DNA from: a virus
Taxonomy: Duplodnaviria; Caudoviricetes
Reading direction: 5' to 3' (one strand)
Length of the DNA stretch: 64,000 nt
Virus record (IMG/VR): IMGVR_UViG_3300027759_003844
Coordinates: 32,001 to 96,000 of that record
In this document: in pieces, positions 1 to 9,417 of the stretch
How positions within the stretch are numbered: the stretch's first letter is position 1
Layout: every line of letters starts with the position of its first letter
The notes under the pieces: generated by a model
Told to the model about the DNA's origin: nothing
Seen by the model: only the letters and a program-made list of their open reading frames with translations
Database searches by the model: none
Position numbers and translations under genes: made by a program

Positions 1-1421
1 CAATATCCACGCAATCTTGTATCATAAATAGCAGTCATTAATGTATCAAAGTCTGTTTTCTTAACGCTATGAAAATCAGCATTAATACTTTGAGCTCTTA
101 AGCTTTGAATCATTTCAATAGATTGCCATCTGTCAAAAGTAACTTTAGCAACATCAAATTTTCTACATAAGTCTAGAATCATTTGTCTAATGGATGCAAA
201 ATTAATTTCTTGGTTAACAGATGCTTCCCATGAGTAAACCAAATCAACATTAATAATAGGAAGATTTTCAACACCCATTAATGTTTTAACTTCCTTAAGT
301 CCAGTGCAATGCACCATGCTAAGCGCAGCTCTGTCTCTCTTTAAGGCTAAGTCAATATGAATAAATCTTACCTGACCATCTGTTTTATTAAACCAAGGTT
401 TAAAATTACCTTCTTCATCAACAGGATCTTCACTATACATGAAAGCTTTTCTAACTAATTCAGGATCTCTAAAGTAAGCATCTTCCATATTAGGAGGCTC
501 ACATTCAAATCTAGCTCTAGCCTCAACAGGATTTCTAATATATTCCGATTCTAATTGTTCACGCTTAATTGTAGGATTAACTTCCCATGTTGCAGCTTTA
601 ATAGTCCAAGTCTTTGGCTCTTTCTTTTCTCTAGAATTATAATATCTTTGTTGAATAAAGTCACCTTTATATCGGGGGAAAGACAATAGAATAACTTTAC
701 CTACTTCTGGAAAGCGAGACATAATAGAAAGCTTAGACATATTATAAATTGCAGACGCAGATCCTTTTGATCTCGTTTCTCCACGCAATTCAGCATCTGT
801 TTTAAAAGCAGCAATTTCATCCAAAATAATTGTCATTACTTCATAACCTTCCCAACCTTCAGATTCAGAGTGACCAGAAAAACATCTAACAGGTTTAGAA
901 AAGAAAAATATTTCTGATACTCTTGGTTCAAATCCAACTTTATTAAAATAAGGAGATCTAAGTAATAAGTTCTTTAATGGTTCAAAGAATACTCTCTGAG
1001 CTTGCTGAGCGTTTACAGCAAGGTTTAGAAGGTCAATATACACACCATGAGCCTTACCATAATAAATTAATGGATCTCTAAGGCAATGAATAAGATATAC
1101 AGTATAAGCCATTGATATTCTTGCGCAATGGTCTTTCCCAGATCCTTTACCTAACATACAAATAACTTCATTATCAGTATATGTTTTATACCACTCTTTT
1201 CCTTTTTCTTCCCCTAATAAAGAAATTAGTGTTCTTTCTTTGTAAATCTGTGTAGAATGTCTTACAATCTCTAATTGAATATCAGAAAGCGGAGGTAAAC
1301 CCAAATATTCTTTATCTTGTACAAATGTTTGAATATCAACAGGTGTTTCTGTAAGATCATCTTGACGCAAAAGCCTATCAAAATCTGCAAGTTCAAGATT
1401 CATTCCCATGAAATCAGACAT
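1..1421 (-). CDS. terL: Terminase large subunit (3' end runs off the window start)
   Basis: Not in the ORF track. Hand translation from ATG 1421 is open to the edge: MSDFMGMNLE..., Walker A LGKGSGKD, Walker B TIILDE, nuclease motifs FIHIDLA and TFDRWQS. Confidence 0.9.
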   Translation of the reverse strand, partial: MSDFMGMNLELADFDRLLRQDDLTETPVDIQTFVQDKEYLGLPPLSDIQLEIVRHSTQIYKERTLISLLGEEKGKEWYKTYTDNEVICMLGKGSGKDHCARISMAYTVYLIHCLRDPLIYYGKAHGVYIDLLNLAVNAQQAQRVFFEPLKNLLLRSPYFNKVGFEPRVSEIFFFSKPVRCFSGHSESEGWEGYEVMTIILDEIAAFKTDAELRGETRSKGSASAIYNMSKLSIMSRFPEVGKVILLSFPRYKGDFIQQRYYNSREKKEPKTWTIKAATWEVNPTIKREQLESEYIRNPVEARARFECEPPNMEDAYFRDPELVRKAFMYSEDPVDEEGNFKPWFNKTDGQVRFIHIDLALKRDRAALSMVHCTGLKEVKTLMGVENLPIINVDLVYSWEASVNQEINFASIRQMILDLCRKFDVAKVTFDRWQSIEMIQSLRAQSINADFHSVKKTDFDTLMTAIYDTRLRGY

Positions 1422-1503
1422 GCAAAGCACCACCCTTTTTGTAATCTAGATTTTTTAAACCTTTATGATAGAGGGTTTTGAGTCTAAGTTTTTTGACTTT
1501 CAT
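1414..1503 (-). CDS. Possible 29-aa basic peptide between terS-like gene and terL
   Basis: ATG directly follows the upstream TAA; MKVKKLRLKTLYHKGLKNLDYKKGGALHV; its 3' end overlaps the terL start. Confidence 0.3.
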   Translation of the reverse strand: MKVKKLRLKTLYHKGLKNLDYKKGGALHV

Positions 1504-2055
1504 TTAAACATTTTCCGAATTCATAATTTCAAAAGCAATTTCAAGTTCAACACGAACTTCATTAGCAACATCAGGGTGCTTTCCAATCACATCCCGTAAT
1601 ACTTTTGAAAGAATTTGGTTAACATTTTCCGCTTTCTGCATCCGAGCGATGTACTGGTTATCAGTGGTGTTGCCAGTAAGAAGTTTATGCAGCTGAGCTT
1701 TTTTAGTAGCCAGCTCGCCAGCTAATTTGATAGCTTGAATTCTTGCAGGAATCATACCGTGATCGGTAGCGATATTGATAGTTTCCCAGGCTTCCTTACT
1801 TAATTGATCAAACTCTTGCAAAGCTTTTATTGTATTAAACTGCAGCTTCTCTAGGAAGTAGGGGTCAGACTCAGCCTGCTTATTAAGGATCTTCTTATAC
1901 TCTACAACATACGATTTAGCTTTATCAACAGTTAAAGAGAGCAGTGTTGATATTTCAGAGTAGTTATAACCTTTAACAAAAAGCAAACCAGCTTCTTCAA
2001 CATGCTTCAATTCTTCTATTAGGCTTTCACCCTGGTATCTTTCAATATCTGCCAT
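1504..2055 (-). CDS. Putative terminase small subunit (N-terminal HTH, helical body)
   Basis: HTH-like GYNYSEISTLLSLT, coiled-coil body, directly upstream of terL. Confidence 0.55.
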   Translation of the reverse strand: MADIERYQGESLIEELKHVEEAGLLFVKGYNYSEISTLLSLTVDKAKSYVVEYKKILNKQAESDPYFLEKLQFNTIKALQEFDQLSKEAWETINIATDHGMIPARIQAIKLAGELATKKAQLHKLLTGNTTDNQYIARMQKAENVNQILSKVLRDVIGKHPDVANEVRVELEIAFEIMNSENV

Positions 2056-3083
2056 AATCTTTCAGCGTATTCCTTTGTTACTTTTTCCCAAGTCATATTC
2101 TCGTTAATATGCTTAGCACCTTTCAGTGTCTTATTTGAAACATCATCGTAGTTTTTAACTACATATAACATTTTATCACATAAATCATCAAAACTTGGCT
2201 CCGCCCACTCTCCAGTGTTATGATATATACCAGTCATGTTCATGTTAGACCATTTGTAATCCAAAGGTACAGACATTTCTGCATACTCCTCGCAGGCAGT
2301 AGCGTTAGTACAGATCGTTGGAATACCTTTCGCTATCGCCTGAAACGGTATCAACCCCCACCCTTCTCCACTTGTAGGATATAACAAGCAATCTGCTTCA
2401 TCATATAATGCAGAAAGAAGGCTTTCGCTTATCTTCCAATCTATAACTTCAATCCTAGGATGCCCATGAATGGATGACTGATCGCTCGTACCTTTATGAA
2501 GGCGAGCGTCTGGCGGTCCATTAGATTTGTAAATCAGTTTATAATTTTCATCACGACTAAAAAGATGTAGGAATGCATCAACAGCCATTTGAGAATTTTT
2601 TCTTGTTGAAGGAGAACCCATGCTCAGAAATGTAAATGGCTTATGAGAGTTCTTTCTAGTAGGTGAATACAGTTCTGGGTCAACGCCTAAGTTAAAAGCA
2701 TAGACTGGTTTGTGCACCCCAGAGTTTATAAATACATTTTTCATAAACTCAGATGTAGTCCATATCTCGTCCATCCGATTCATCTGGTCAACCCAATCTT
2801 TTCTCAAAGCGGTTGTTTCCCAATAAGTGAACCCAATTGAATACTTAGAGCCGTAAACATAACCTTCTGGAAGGCAATTGTTTATTATAATAGGACTATT
2901 AGTATTTGTATTAACACTCATATAATCAATACCAAAATCCATTTTTTCTATTTCTTCTGGAACATCAACAAGATACTCAGAAATAGGAACTCCATGCTTG
3001 ATTAAATTAGAAATAATCCTTAAAGAAGAATCGCCATACCCCTCACCAGACCGAGCCGCTCCTCCACTATTCCAAAATATCAA
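2019..3083 (-). CDS. Glycosyltransferase, GT4/GT-B type
   Basis: RKNSQ, LYPTSGEGWGLIPFQAIAKGIPTI, final TWEKV helix. Confidence 0.85.
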   Translation of the reverse strand: MIFWNSGGAARSGEGYGDSSLRIISNLIKHGVPISEYLVDVPEEIEKMDFGIDYMSVNTNTNSPIIINNCLPEGYVYGSKYSIGFTYWETTALRKDWVDQMNRMDEIWTTSEFMKNVFINSGVHKPVYAFNLGVDPELYSPTRKNSHKPFTFLSMGSPSTRKNSQMAVDAFLHLFSRDENYKLIYKSNGPPDARLHKGTSDQSSIHGHPRIEVIDWKISESLLSALYDEADCLLYPTSGEGWGLIPFQAIAKGIPTICTNATACEEYAEMSVPLDYKWSNMNMTGIYHNTGEWAEPSFDDLCDKMLYVVKNYDDVSNKTLKGAKHINENMTWEKVTKEYAERLWQILKDTRVKA

Positions 3084-3087
3084 TTAC

Positions 3088-3852
3088 TTAATCCTCTTTG
3101 GTAAACTTTGGAAATGTTAATGGCACCCCAGTCACTTCAGCAACTTTCTCCAAAACATCTCTATCATAACCATGAAGCTTTGTAAACTCTACTCTGTAGT
3201 TGTGCCAGCCCTGAACACCGTTCCAAAACTTCTTATCAGTAGTATTCTCAAGTTCAATCAATTCGTCAGATTCAAGTAAGAAGCTTAGAACTCCCAATGG
3301 CATATATACAACCAGATTGTAACCTTCATCTTTGCCTTCAGAAAAATCTTTCAAATAATCCTGGAACATCTTGATAGTGTTAATCACTGCATCGCCAGTA
3401 AAATATTCAATAGCGCCATTAGCGTTTCTAATTCTTGGGCAATAGTTGTCTACAGTCGTGATCGTTCCAAATGTCCTGCACACCATCGGTCTGTACCCAT
3501 AAACGGTGCATCCACCTTTATAGAAAGCGCAATGCCGACTAGTCTCTCCACCAGCAACCCAGTCTTTATCATACATTGCAGTAGTGAGATCGGAGACTAC
3601 TTCGTTCATCCACTTCTCAGCAAAAATACGACCCTTATCTTCAAGATACAAATAATATTGCTGGCGCAACTTAAATGCGATATTCGCACACTCAGCCATG
3701 TGAATAACCAGACCAATCTTGCAACACTCGCCAGAGCCGAGGCATTTAAATTTAGTTTCATTCTGCTTGGACTCAATAACTCTTACTTGATTATAAATCA
3801 TGTCAAGCTTTGCAAAGTTAGAAATATCTTTAGTAGTTACACTTCTTCTCAT
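3088..3852 (-). CDS. YkgJ-family cysteine-cluster (Zn/Fe-S binding) protein
   Basis: KCLGSGECC ... HCAFYKGGCTVYGYRPMVCRTFG matches the CxxCxxCC/RPxxCR family; second Cys replaced by Ser. Confidence 0.75.
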   Translation of the reverse strand: MRRSVTTKDISNFAKLDMIYNQVRVIESKQNETKFKCLGSGECCKIGLVIHMAECANIAFKLRQQYYLYLEDKGRIFAEKWMNEVVSDLTTAMYDKDWVAGGETSRHCAFYKGGCTVYGYRPMVCRTFGTITTVDNYCPRIRNANGAIEYFTGDAVINTIKMFQDYLKDFSEGKDEGYNLVVYMPLGVLSFLLESDELIELENTTDKKFWNGVQGWHNYRVEFTKLHGYDRDVLEKVAEVTGVPLTFPKFTKED

Positions 3853-4145
3853 TTTCCCATCCTTTTTCTTTGTAGTTCACTTCTCTTCCGCAGCTCTCTC
3901 TTGCGCTTCTCAGCGTCAATCTGAGCCGCAGACTTCGCTCTCTTAGGACCAGCCGTTGTTAAACTTCTACCCTTACCTCTGAACTTAAGTAAATCATATT
4001 TCTTAACCCAGTTGTAAAGAGCTTGCGGTGTTACTTCAATGTTGTATGTATCTTTTAATATTTTGCATATATCAGTTAAATTCATTCTTCTCTGGACATA
4101 CATCTCATACAGGAACGATCTATCCTTATACGGTTCATTAGCCAT
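3849..4145 (-). CDS. Small HTH DNA-binding protein
   Basis: NLTDICKIL...VTPQALYNWVKKY plus basic tail; start reassigned to MANEPY at 4145. Confidence 0.6.
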   Translation of the reverse strand: MANEPYKDRSFLYEMYVQRRMNLTDICKILKDTYNIEVTPQALYNWVKKYDLLKFRGKGRSLTTAGPKRAKSAAQIDAEKRKRELRKRSELQRKRMGK

Positions 4146-4734
4146 TAGAAGCCTGCTGTATCTTTTTTGTTGCGTACCATAAGCCAATACCTGCTGCATC
4201 TATGATATCATCATCATTGATACCAATATCGCCTGTAGCAAAATATTTTGATACAAGCATGCGCACTCTGCGCTTTCTTTCATTCTTTAATTTTATCTGG
4301 AGAGCACCTGGCTTCCCGTCATTCATAAAAATCTCTTTATCTTTCTTGCCCAGATTCTTATACCCAATACCCGCCTTCCAAACTAAAGGATTGACATCTG
4401 ACACTGTACAATTACCAGCACTTATCACTCCCCAACTGTAACCAATTATATAAGATATGATCCTGCTTGATTCAAAATTCTGAACATAAATTGACTGCTC
4501 AATTATTGCATGTTTCGGTGTGTATTCTTTTACAATATCAGATAACCCTTTGTTAATAACCGAAAACTTTATTGAAACATCTTTATCTTTTTTATAATCA
4601 ATTTTCCCGCAGGCAATTAAAGAAATATCAGTCATGCTAATATCATAAATAACCCAAGCAAGGGAATGCGAAGATGGGTCAATAGCGAGTATCCTAGTTT
4701 CTTTTACAGATGAGACAAGCGACTTGATACTCAA
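4138..4734 (-). CDS. ruvC: RuvC-like Holliday junction resolvase
   Basis: ILAIDPS, AIIEQ and DDIIDAAGIG acidic motifs. Confidence 0.8.
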   Translation of the reverse strand: MSIKSLVSSVKETRILAIDPSSHSLAWVIYDISMTDISLIACGKIDYKKDKDVSIKFSVINKGLSDIVKEYTPKHAIIEQSIYVQNFESSRIISYIIGYSWGVISAGNCTVSDVNPLVWKAGIGYKNLGKKDKEIFMNDGKPGALQIKLKNERKRRVRMLVSKYFATGDIGINDDDIIDAAGIGLWYATKKIQQASNG

Positions 4735-5042
4735 TCCATACCACGCCTAGCGTTTTCTTCAGACCATCCCCATGAGACTAATCTATTTACAAAGCGCTTT
4801 CTCTTACACTGTTCGCAAATATTTTCCTTATTATATATGGATAATACAGCAGTGCATGTTTTTGTTTTACAAATTCTTTTCTTGTTTTTATTAGCTTTCT
4901 TCTCGTAGTAACTTGCTAATAAATTTCTATTTGTGACAACCTTGCGACACTCCGCTGAACAGTAGATAGCGTTATAAACTTTTGCATGAAACTCTTTACC
5001 GCACTCTTCATAAGCGCAAATCTTAAAAGATTTATCATCCAT
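4731..5042 (-). CDS. Cys-rich zinc-binding protein
   Basis: CAYEEC, YCSAEC, CKTKTC, CEQC. Confidence 0.6.
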   Translation of the reverse strand: MDDKSFKICAYEECGKEFHAKVYNAIYCSAECRKVVTNRNLLASYYEKKANKNKKRICKTKTCTAVLSIYNKENICEQCKRKRFVNRLVSWGWSEENARRGMD

Positions 5043-5059
5043 TTACGCTTTCGCATAAA

Positions 5060-5809
5060 TTAAAAAGGCTCGTTCCCCTTCTCTTCATCATTACGATCTC
5101 CTCCTGCCCAGCAGTGAGCAACCAGATCGCAGGAGTTACAGTTAGCCGATGTCCTTTTGTATGGTTGCACTGGAATTTCCTTGCTCAAGTAAGAGCCGTG
5201 GAACTTCCTATATTTTTTAAATAATTTATCAATAAACGGTTGATCCCTCTCAATAAAGATTGGAAGAATTTGTTGATTGTTTTTGTTTTCATAGATTACG
5301 AAACCTGAATCTAGGTTGAGGCACTCCATGTAAATTTGGGCTTGTCGGTAATGTTCATCTTTAGGTTTATTATGCAGTTGTCTATAATGAAAACCTTCTT
5401 GACTTATTGATTTAAGTTCAATTAGTTTCTCGCCATACCAATTAATTATACCATCTGCAGTACCCTCAATTGGAGGATCGGTATGATTAACCTTAATTTC
5501 TTCCCCAACAAGGATACCCATACCCCGAAGATAACTATAAAGTCTTTCATGGACAGCATGACCATTATCAAAAATACGATAGGTCTGGGAGCTAAATGAA
5601 GGGGTTACTTCTACTCCTTCAAACATATAATACCAGTAGCGAGCGCACTGGTTTGTGTAGCTAGGATGAAACCCATTAACCTTTTTAAAGTTAGGGGTAT
5701 TTCTTAACGCTAAGTGGTCATTAATTGCTTCAACTAAATCTGCCATAACCACTGGACCATCAACAGGGGCAACTGCTTTTGGTGCTCTTAATTGTTGTAT
5801 TGCTTTCAT
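5060..5809 (-). CDS. Cas4-like PD-(D/E)xK exonuclease
   Basis: N-terminal Cys (NQCAR), GHAVH, GTADG..ELKS, QAQIY, C-terminal CNSCDLVAHC. Confidence 0.85.
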   Translation of the reverse strand: MKAIQQLRAPKAVAPVDGPVVMADLVEAINDHLALRNTPNFKKVNGFHPSYTNQCARYWYYMFEGVEVTPSFSSQTYRIFDNGHAVHERLYSYLRGMGILVGEEIKVNHTDPPIEGTADGIINWYGEKLIELKSISQEGFHYRQLHNKPKDEHYRQAQIYMECLNLDSGFVIYENKNNQQILPIFIERDQPFIDKLFKKYRKFHGSYLSKEIPVQPYKRTSANCNSCDLVAHCWAGGDRNDEEKGNEPF

Positions 5810-6126
5810 GAGTTTGTTCCTCTTGCTGCCAGTTTAAGGGCGTTAATATTCTCGGATAATGCTTCATACATAGTTTTCCATACATCATTAACGAACTTGT
5901 CCTGCTCGCTCATAATACTAGATCTTCTTTTAAATGCTTGTGATTTTACAATCATAAGTGTTCTATAACCAGCTAACATATTGGCATACTTGATTGCTTG
6001 CATCCCAATGTAATGGTCAGGGTTTTCAATAATGTCTTGGACAATACGAATACACTCTGTAAATTCTTTTGCCTTATCACCCATCTGTTCAGACAGGAAG
6101 ACTGTATCAACAACAATATCAGGCAT
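5806..6126 (-). CDS. Hypothetical protein
   Basis: 106-aa ORF overlapping both neighbours. Confidence 0.7.
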   Translation of the reverse strand: MPDIVVDTVFLSEQMGDKAKEFTECIRIVQDIIENPDHYIGMQAIKYANMLAGYRTLMIVKSQAFKRRSSIMSEQDKFVNDVWKTMYEALSENINALKLAARGTNS

Positions 6127-6469
6127 GTAGACTCTTTCTTAGATCTTCTGTAATAACAACAGCCTGCTTCATATCATTATCTTCACGATATAATGCAAGA
6201 GCAATGATTGCATACGATGCAAGGTCTATAAGGGAATCCTCTACACCTTCATTAACCAATTTACTTCCCTTAGCGGCACTTTGTAGGCGAATTACTTTAT
6301 CATTAGCACGAATTAAAGTGCCTACCCAACCTGGAACACCCCATTCAACTGACGCACGAACATTAGCAAGAGGATCGCTCGCAGTGCCATAGTCCTGTCC
6401 TTTCTTTGTATGAAGCGCTCGTAGCTCTTCTAGAATCTGAAAAAACATCGGGTTCCCATATTGGTTCAT
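6119..6469 (-). CDS. Nucleotide-modification-associated domain 1 (DUF1599/Nmad1-like) protein
   Basis: KKGQDYG ... RANDKVIRL ... EGVEDSLIDLASYAII. Confidence 0.7.
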   Translation of the reverse strand: MNQYGNPMFFQILEELRALHTKKGQDYGTASDPLANVRASVEWGVPGWVGTLIRANDKVIRLQSAAKGSKLVNEGVEDSLIDLASYAIIALALYREDNDMKQAVVITEDLRKSLHA

Positions 6470-6615
6470 GCTGTTACCATCTTTCTTTGAATTCCAACCA
6501 TCCAGAAAATTATATACAATCCGATATATTGATCATCATGACCAATGCCAAACCCTAGTGTTTTCCAACCAGATAATTTGTCACAGAAAAAACTGTACTT
6601 ATATTTCCTACTCAT
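6466..6615 (-). CDS. 49-aa hypothetical protein
   Basis: Below ORF-track cutoff; fills the gap, ATGA overlap with the next gene; MSRKYKYSFFCDKLSGW... Confidence 0.55.
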   Translation of the reverse strand: MSRKYKYSFFCDKLSGWKTLGFGIGHDDQYIGLYIIFWMVGIQRKMVTA

Positions 6616-6907
6616 ACTCGCTTCCCTTCACTAGTTCTTGAAACACTTCCCAATCTATTATAGCAACCTTTGTCTCGGAGTTCTCACCGAATACAACAGA
6701 AATACATGGATATTTATAACTAGCATTCCATGCATCTTTACGCATTTTATTCCAAGCCTTTAATGTGAGAGTGAATGTTCTTTCGTTATGTTTATAATCA
6801 AGCAAAAACTTATTCAACGAAGCATCACCCTTTCTTAAACCACGACCAGAGTTCTTTACAGCCTTTGCTTTGTCCCTCTTGATTTCTTCTTGTTCAGTTC
6901 TTTTCAC
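6608..6907 (-). CDS. Small Hjc-like PD-(D/E)xK nuclease / putative resolvase
   Basis: NSGRG..KGD...LLDYK...W.K...A pattern. Confidence 0.65.
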   Translation of the reverse strand: MKRTEQEEIKRDKAKAVKNSGRGLRKGDASLNKFLLDYKHNERTFTLTLKAWNKMRKDAWNASYKYPCISVVFGENSETKVAIIDWEVFQELVKGSEYE

Positions 6908-6978
6908 AAAAACATCTTAATAAGAAAAAATAAATAAACAATAGCTCCAGCAATAACAATAAGATTATGCTTGTTCAT
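6904..6978 (-). CDS. Possible 24-aa single-TM peptide
   Basis: MNKHNLIVIAGAIVYLFFLIKMFL; fills the gap with GTGA overlap. Confidence 0.4.
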   Translation of the reverse strand: MNKHNLIVIAGAIVYLFFLIKMFL

Positions 6979-7330
6979 AGCCATACTCCGACATCACTTC
7001 TTTAGACAAGGTTTTCATCCACCCGCCCTTTCCTTTAGCCAAAACTCCAGGCTCTCCAGTATATTCACATGTCTGCAAAGAAAGCCTTTCAAACTTATTA
7101 ATCACATCACGCATCGCATAATAATCTTTTGAACTTGAATCTATATAATACCTTAATCCACCAAACTTTTCTTTGACTTGATAAAGTTTATAATCTGGAT
7201 CAATGGTAGCCAACTCCCTATGGCAATCAACAATCAATTGATGCCAGCCCTGATTGCAGTCAATGGTCTGGAAGAAAGGCTCAGAAATATAAGACCGAAC
7301 TTCTTCAATTTCATCATCTAGGTGACTCAC
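6965..7330 (-). CDS. Conserved phage hypothetical protein
   Basis: GW...QVKEKFGGLRYY...TCEYTG motif, common in phages. Confidence 0.7.
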   Translation of the reverse strand: MSHLDDEIEEVRSYISEPFFQTIDCNQGWHQLIVDCHRELATIDPDYKLYQVKEKFGGLRYYIDSSSKDYYAMRDVINKFERLSLQTCEYTGEPGVLAKGKGGWMKTLSKEVMSEYGYEQA

Positions 7331-7339
7331 TACTCGCTC

Positions 7340-8254
7340 CTACTCTTTTATTTGTTTTTCAATAGCCTTCATTTGCTTATCGGTAAGCTCAATCGCACCC
7401 ATACCATTCCACTTACTATCATCATAAGTATACCAAGCACCCTTGCGAACAATAATATTCATCTCAATCGCAATATCAATCAACTCACGGCGAGCATCAA
7501 TTTGCCCCAATTGTGGCAGCACATAATAATATCCAGTAGAACCAATCGTAGGCAACTGCTTAGTCTTCTCAATAGTCCAAACAGCCCGTTGCGAAGTAAT
7601 CATATTATTCGGCTCACGCTCCATCTCGCCCTTAGACATAGAAAGAAACAACTTAATAATATTATGCATATTATGATGCACAACATTACCCATTTTTGCC
7701 TTAGTAATAGCGTACATACCACTCAAGTCAACCGTTTGATGAGCAACAAACAACATGATGTTACGCTCCTTATGAAGATAGTTCACCAGCTTCTGTAAAA
7801 AGTAGCCTTGCGAACGAGCCGACAAACCCATCGCCTTACCACCCTCAGGCTTATCATAAAACTCTTCCTTCACAATATTAGACAACGAATCAAACAAGAA
7901 AATATGCTTCTCCTTATCATCAGTCAAATACCCAATCAAACTTTTCATAATATCCTCAACAATAGTAGACTGAATCACCACCACATCAGAAATATCTAGA
8001 CCACACTTCTCAGCATACACATCACTATACGAAGACTCCGAATCAACAATAATCGGACGATACCCCATCTTCTGCGCCTCAGCCATAATTCTAAAACACA
8101 TAGTCGTTTTACCCACAGAAGGAGTACCCCAAAACAAGTGAGTCGCACCAGTATTTAATCCGCCACCTAAAGCCCGATTCAAACCGACACTGGGAGTCGG
8201 AATAACATCATGGATCGGCATCAAATCGCCTTTTCTTTTATCTACAAGTAACAT
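7340..8254 (-). CDS. recA: RecA/UvsX-like recombinase
   Basis: LNRALGGG, Walker A GTPSVGKTT, VDSE, Walker B FLFDSL, C-terminal KGAWY. Confidence 0.9.
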   Translation of the reverse strand: MLLVDKRKGDLMPIHDVIPTPSVGLNRALGGGLNTGATHLFWGTPSVGKTTMCFRIMAEAQKMGYRPIIVDSESSYSDVYAEKCGLDISDVVVIQSTIVEDIMKSLIGYLTDDKEKHIFLFDSLSNIVKEEFYDKPEGGKAMGLSARSQGYFLQKLVNYLHKERNIMLFVAHQTVDLSGMYAITKAKMGNVVHHNMHNIIKLFLSMSKGEMEREPNNMITSQRAVWTIEKTKQLPTIGSTGYYYVLPQLGQIDARRELIDIAIEMNIIVRKGAWYTYDDSKWNGMGAIELTDKQMKAIEKQIKE

Positions 8255-8263
8255 ATTTCTCCT

Positions 8264-8698
8264 TTATTGAAACATTCTATCTAGTATTCTTGATTTAATA
8301 ATTGTTGTTGAAATCTCTTCTGTATACGGGACAAACATCACGCCAATCTTATGCTCATCAAGCCATTCTTGTGTGAATCCCATTTGCTTATAGTAATCTT
8401 TACTTTGCCAGTCGGAACCAACGATTACAAGATCAGCTTTTGCCTCTATGATAGCAGGTTTAGAATCAGCACCGCCCGAGTTTACAATTACTTTATCCAC
8501 CCATTTACAAGAAGAAACAACTTCCATTCTTTCAGCCAAACTACAAATTGGAGGCTCTTTATATTGAGAGCAGAATTGATCTGTATTAACAGATACAACT
8601 AAATAGCCATCGTCACCAGCAGCTTTTTTACACCTCTCTAACAATCTAGCGTGACCAGAATGGAATAGATCAAATGTCCCGCCTGTGTATACAATCAT
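8264..8698 (-). CDS. HxGH nucleotidyltransferase (TagD/RfaE-domain-II-like cytidylyltransferase)
   Basis: YTGGTFDLFHSGH, GSDW, ISTT. Confidence 0.85.
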   Translation of the reverse strand: MIVYTGGTFDLFHSGHARLLERCKKAAGDDGYLVVSVNTDQFCSQYKEPPICSLAERMEVVSSCKWVDKVIVNSGGADSKPAIIEAKADLVIVGSDWQSKDYYKQMGFTQEWLDEHKIGVMFVPYTEEISTTIIKSRILDRMFQ

Positions 8699-9417
8699 CT
8701 TGCACCCATTGAGGCATTAACAAAATTCCATTGATTGGCATCATTGAATGTAAATTTCTCCACACCTTCAATATCAGATAGAGCATCACAGTACTCAGAC
8801 ATCACACTACCAAAATCTTTAAACTGAAAGAGGTTTGTGTCATTAACAAGAACAGTAGGAACCTCTGGAACACTCACCGTACTACAACCAATACCAGCCC
8901 AGGCTAAGACATTCCTAGAATCAAGATGTTTCACCCCGATTTTAAAATCCATGACTTCTCTTCTCCAGATATTCATACTTGCCAAAGTTGCAGCAACTAA
9001 ATACGATTTATCATTAAGTTTATTTATCAACTCTATCATTGTACCAGAAAACCCAGGCAATACTTCTCCAGAGTGTGGGGCAAATTGCATTACACGATCA
9101 ACTCCGTTCAGCATCGGCATGATAGTATCAATCGCTCCAGGAATTAAAATATCATCGTCACCAAGCACCCAGACATAATCACCAGTGCCAGCAGTAATTC
9201 CATGCAAACAATTACCATCGCAACCGATATTTTGTTTTCTAATGGAATAATCAGTGATGTAGTCCTTGTATTCGTACACCACTTGTCTTGCGTAACCATC
9301 TTGGTCGTTATCAGATACAATAATTTCAATATTAGAATTAGTTTGAGATATTATACTATCCAAACAGTAATCTAGAGAATCTCTTTTATAAGTTGGTATG
9401 TATATTGTAAGAAGCAC
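8695..9417 (-). CDS. Glycosyltransferase family 2
   Basis: IYIPTYKR, IVSDN, NIGCDGN, YVWVLGDDD. Confidence 0.85.
   Translation of the reverse strand: MLLTIYIPTYKRDSLDYCLDSIISQTNSNIEIIVSDNDQDGYARQVVYEYKDYITDYSIRKQNIGCDGNCLHGITAGTGDYVWVLGDDDILIPGAIDTIMPMLNGVDRVMQFAPHSGEVLPGFSGTMIELINKLNDKSYLVAATLASMNIWRREVMDFKIGVKHLDSRNVLAWAGIGCSTVSVPEVPTVLVNDTNLFQFKDFGSVMSEYCDALSDIEGVEKFTFNDANQWNFVNASMGAR

Noticed and set aside
5060-5809. Cas4-like gene as evidence of CRISPR-Cas
   Set aside because: No other cas genes or repeat-spacer array seen; solo Cas4-like nucleases are common in phage replication modules
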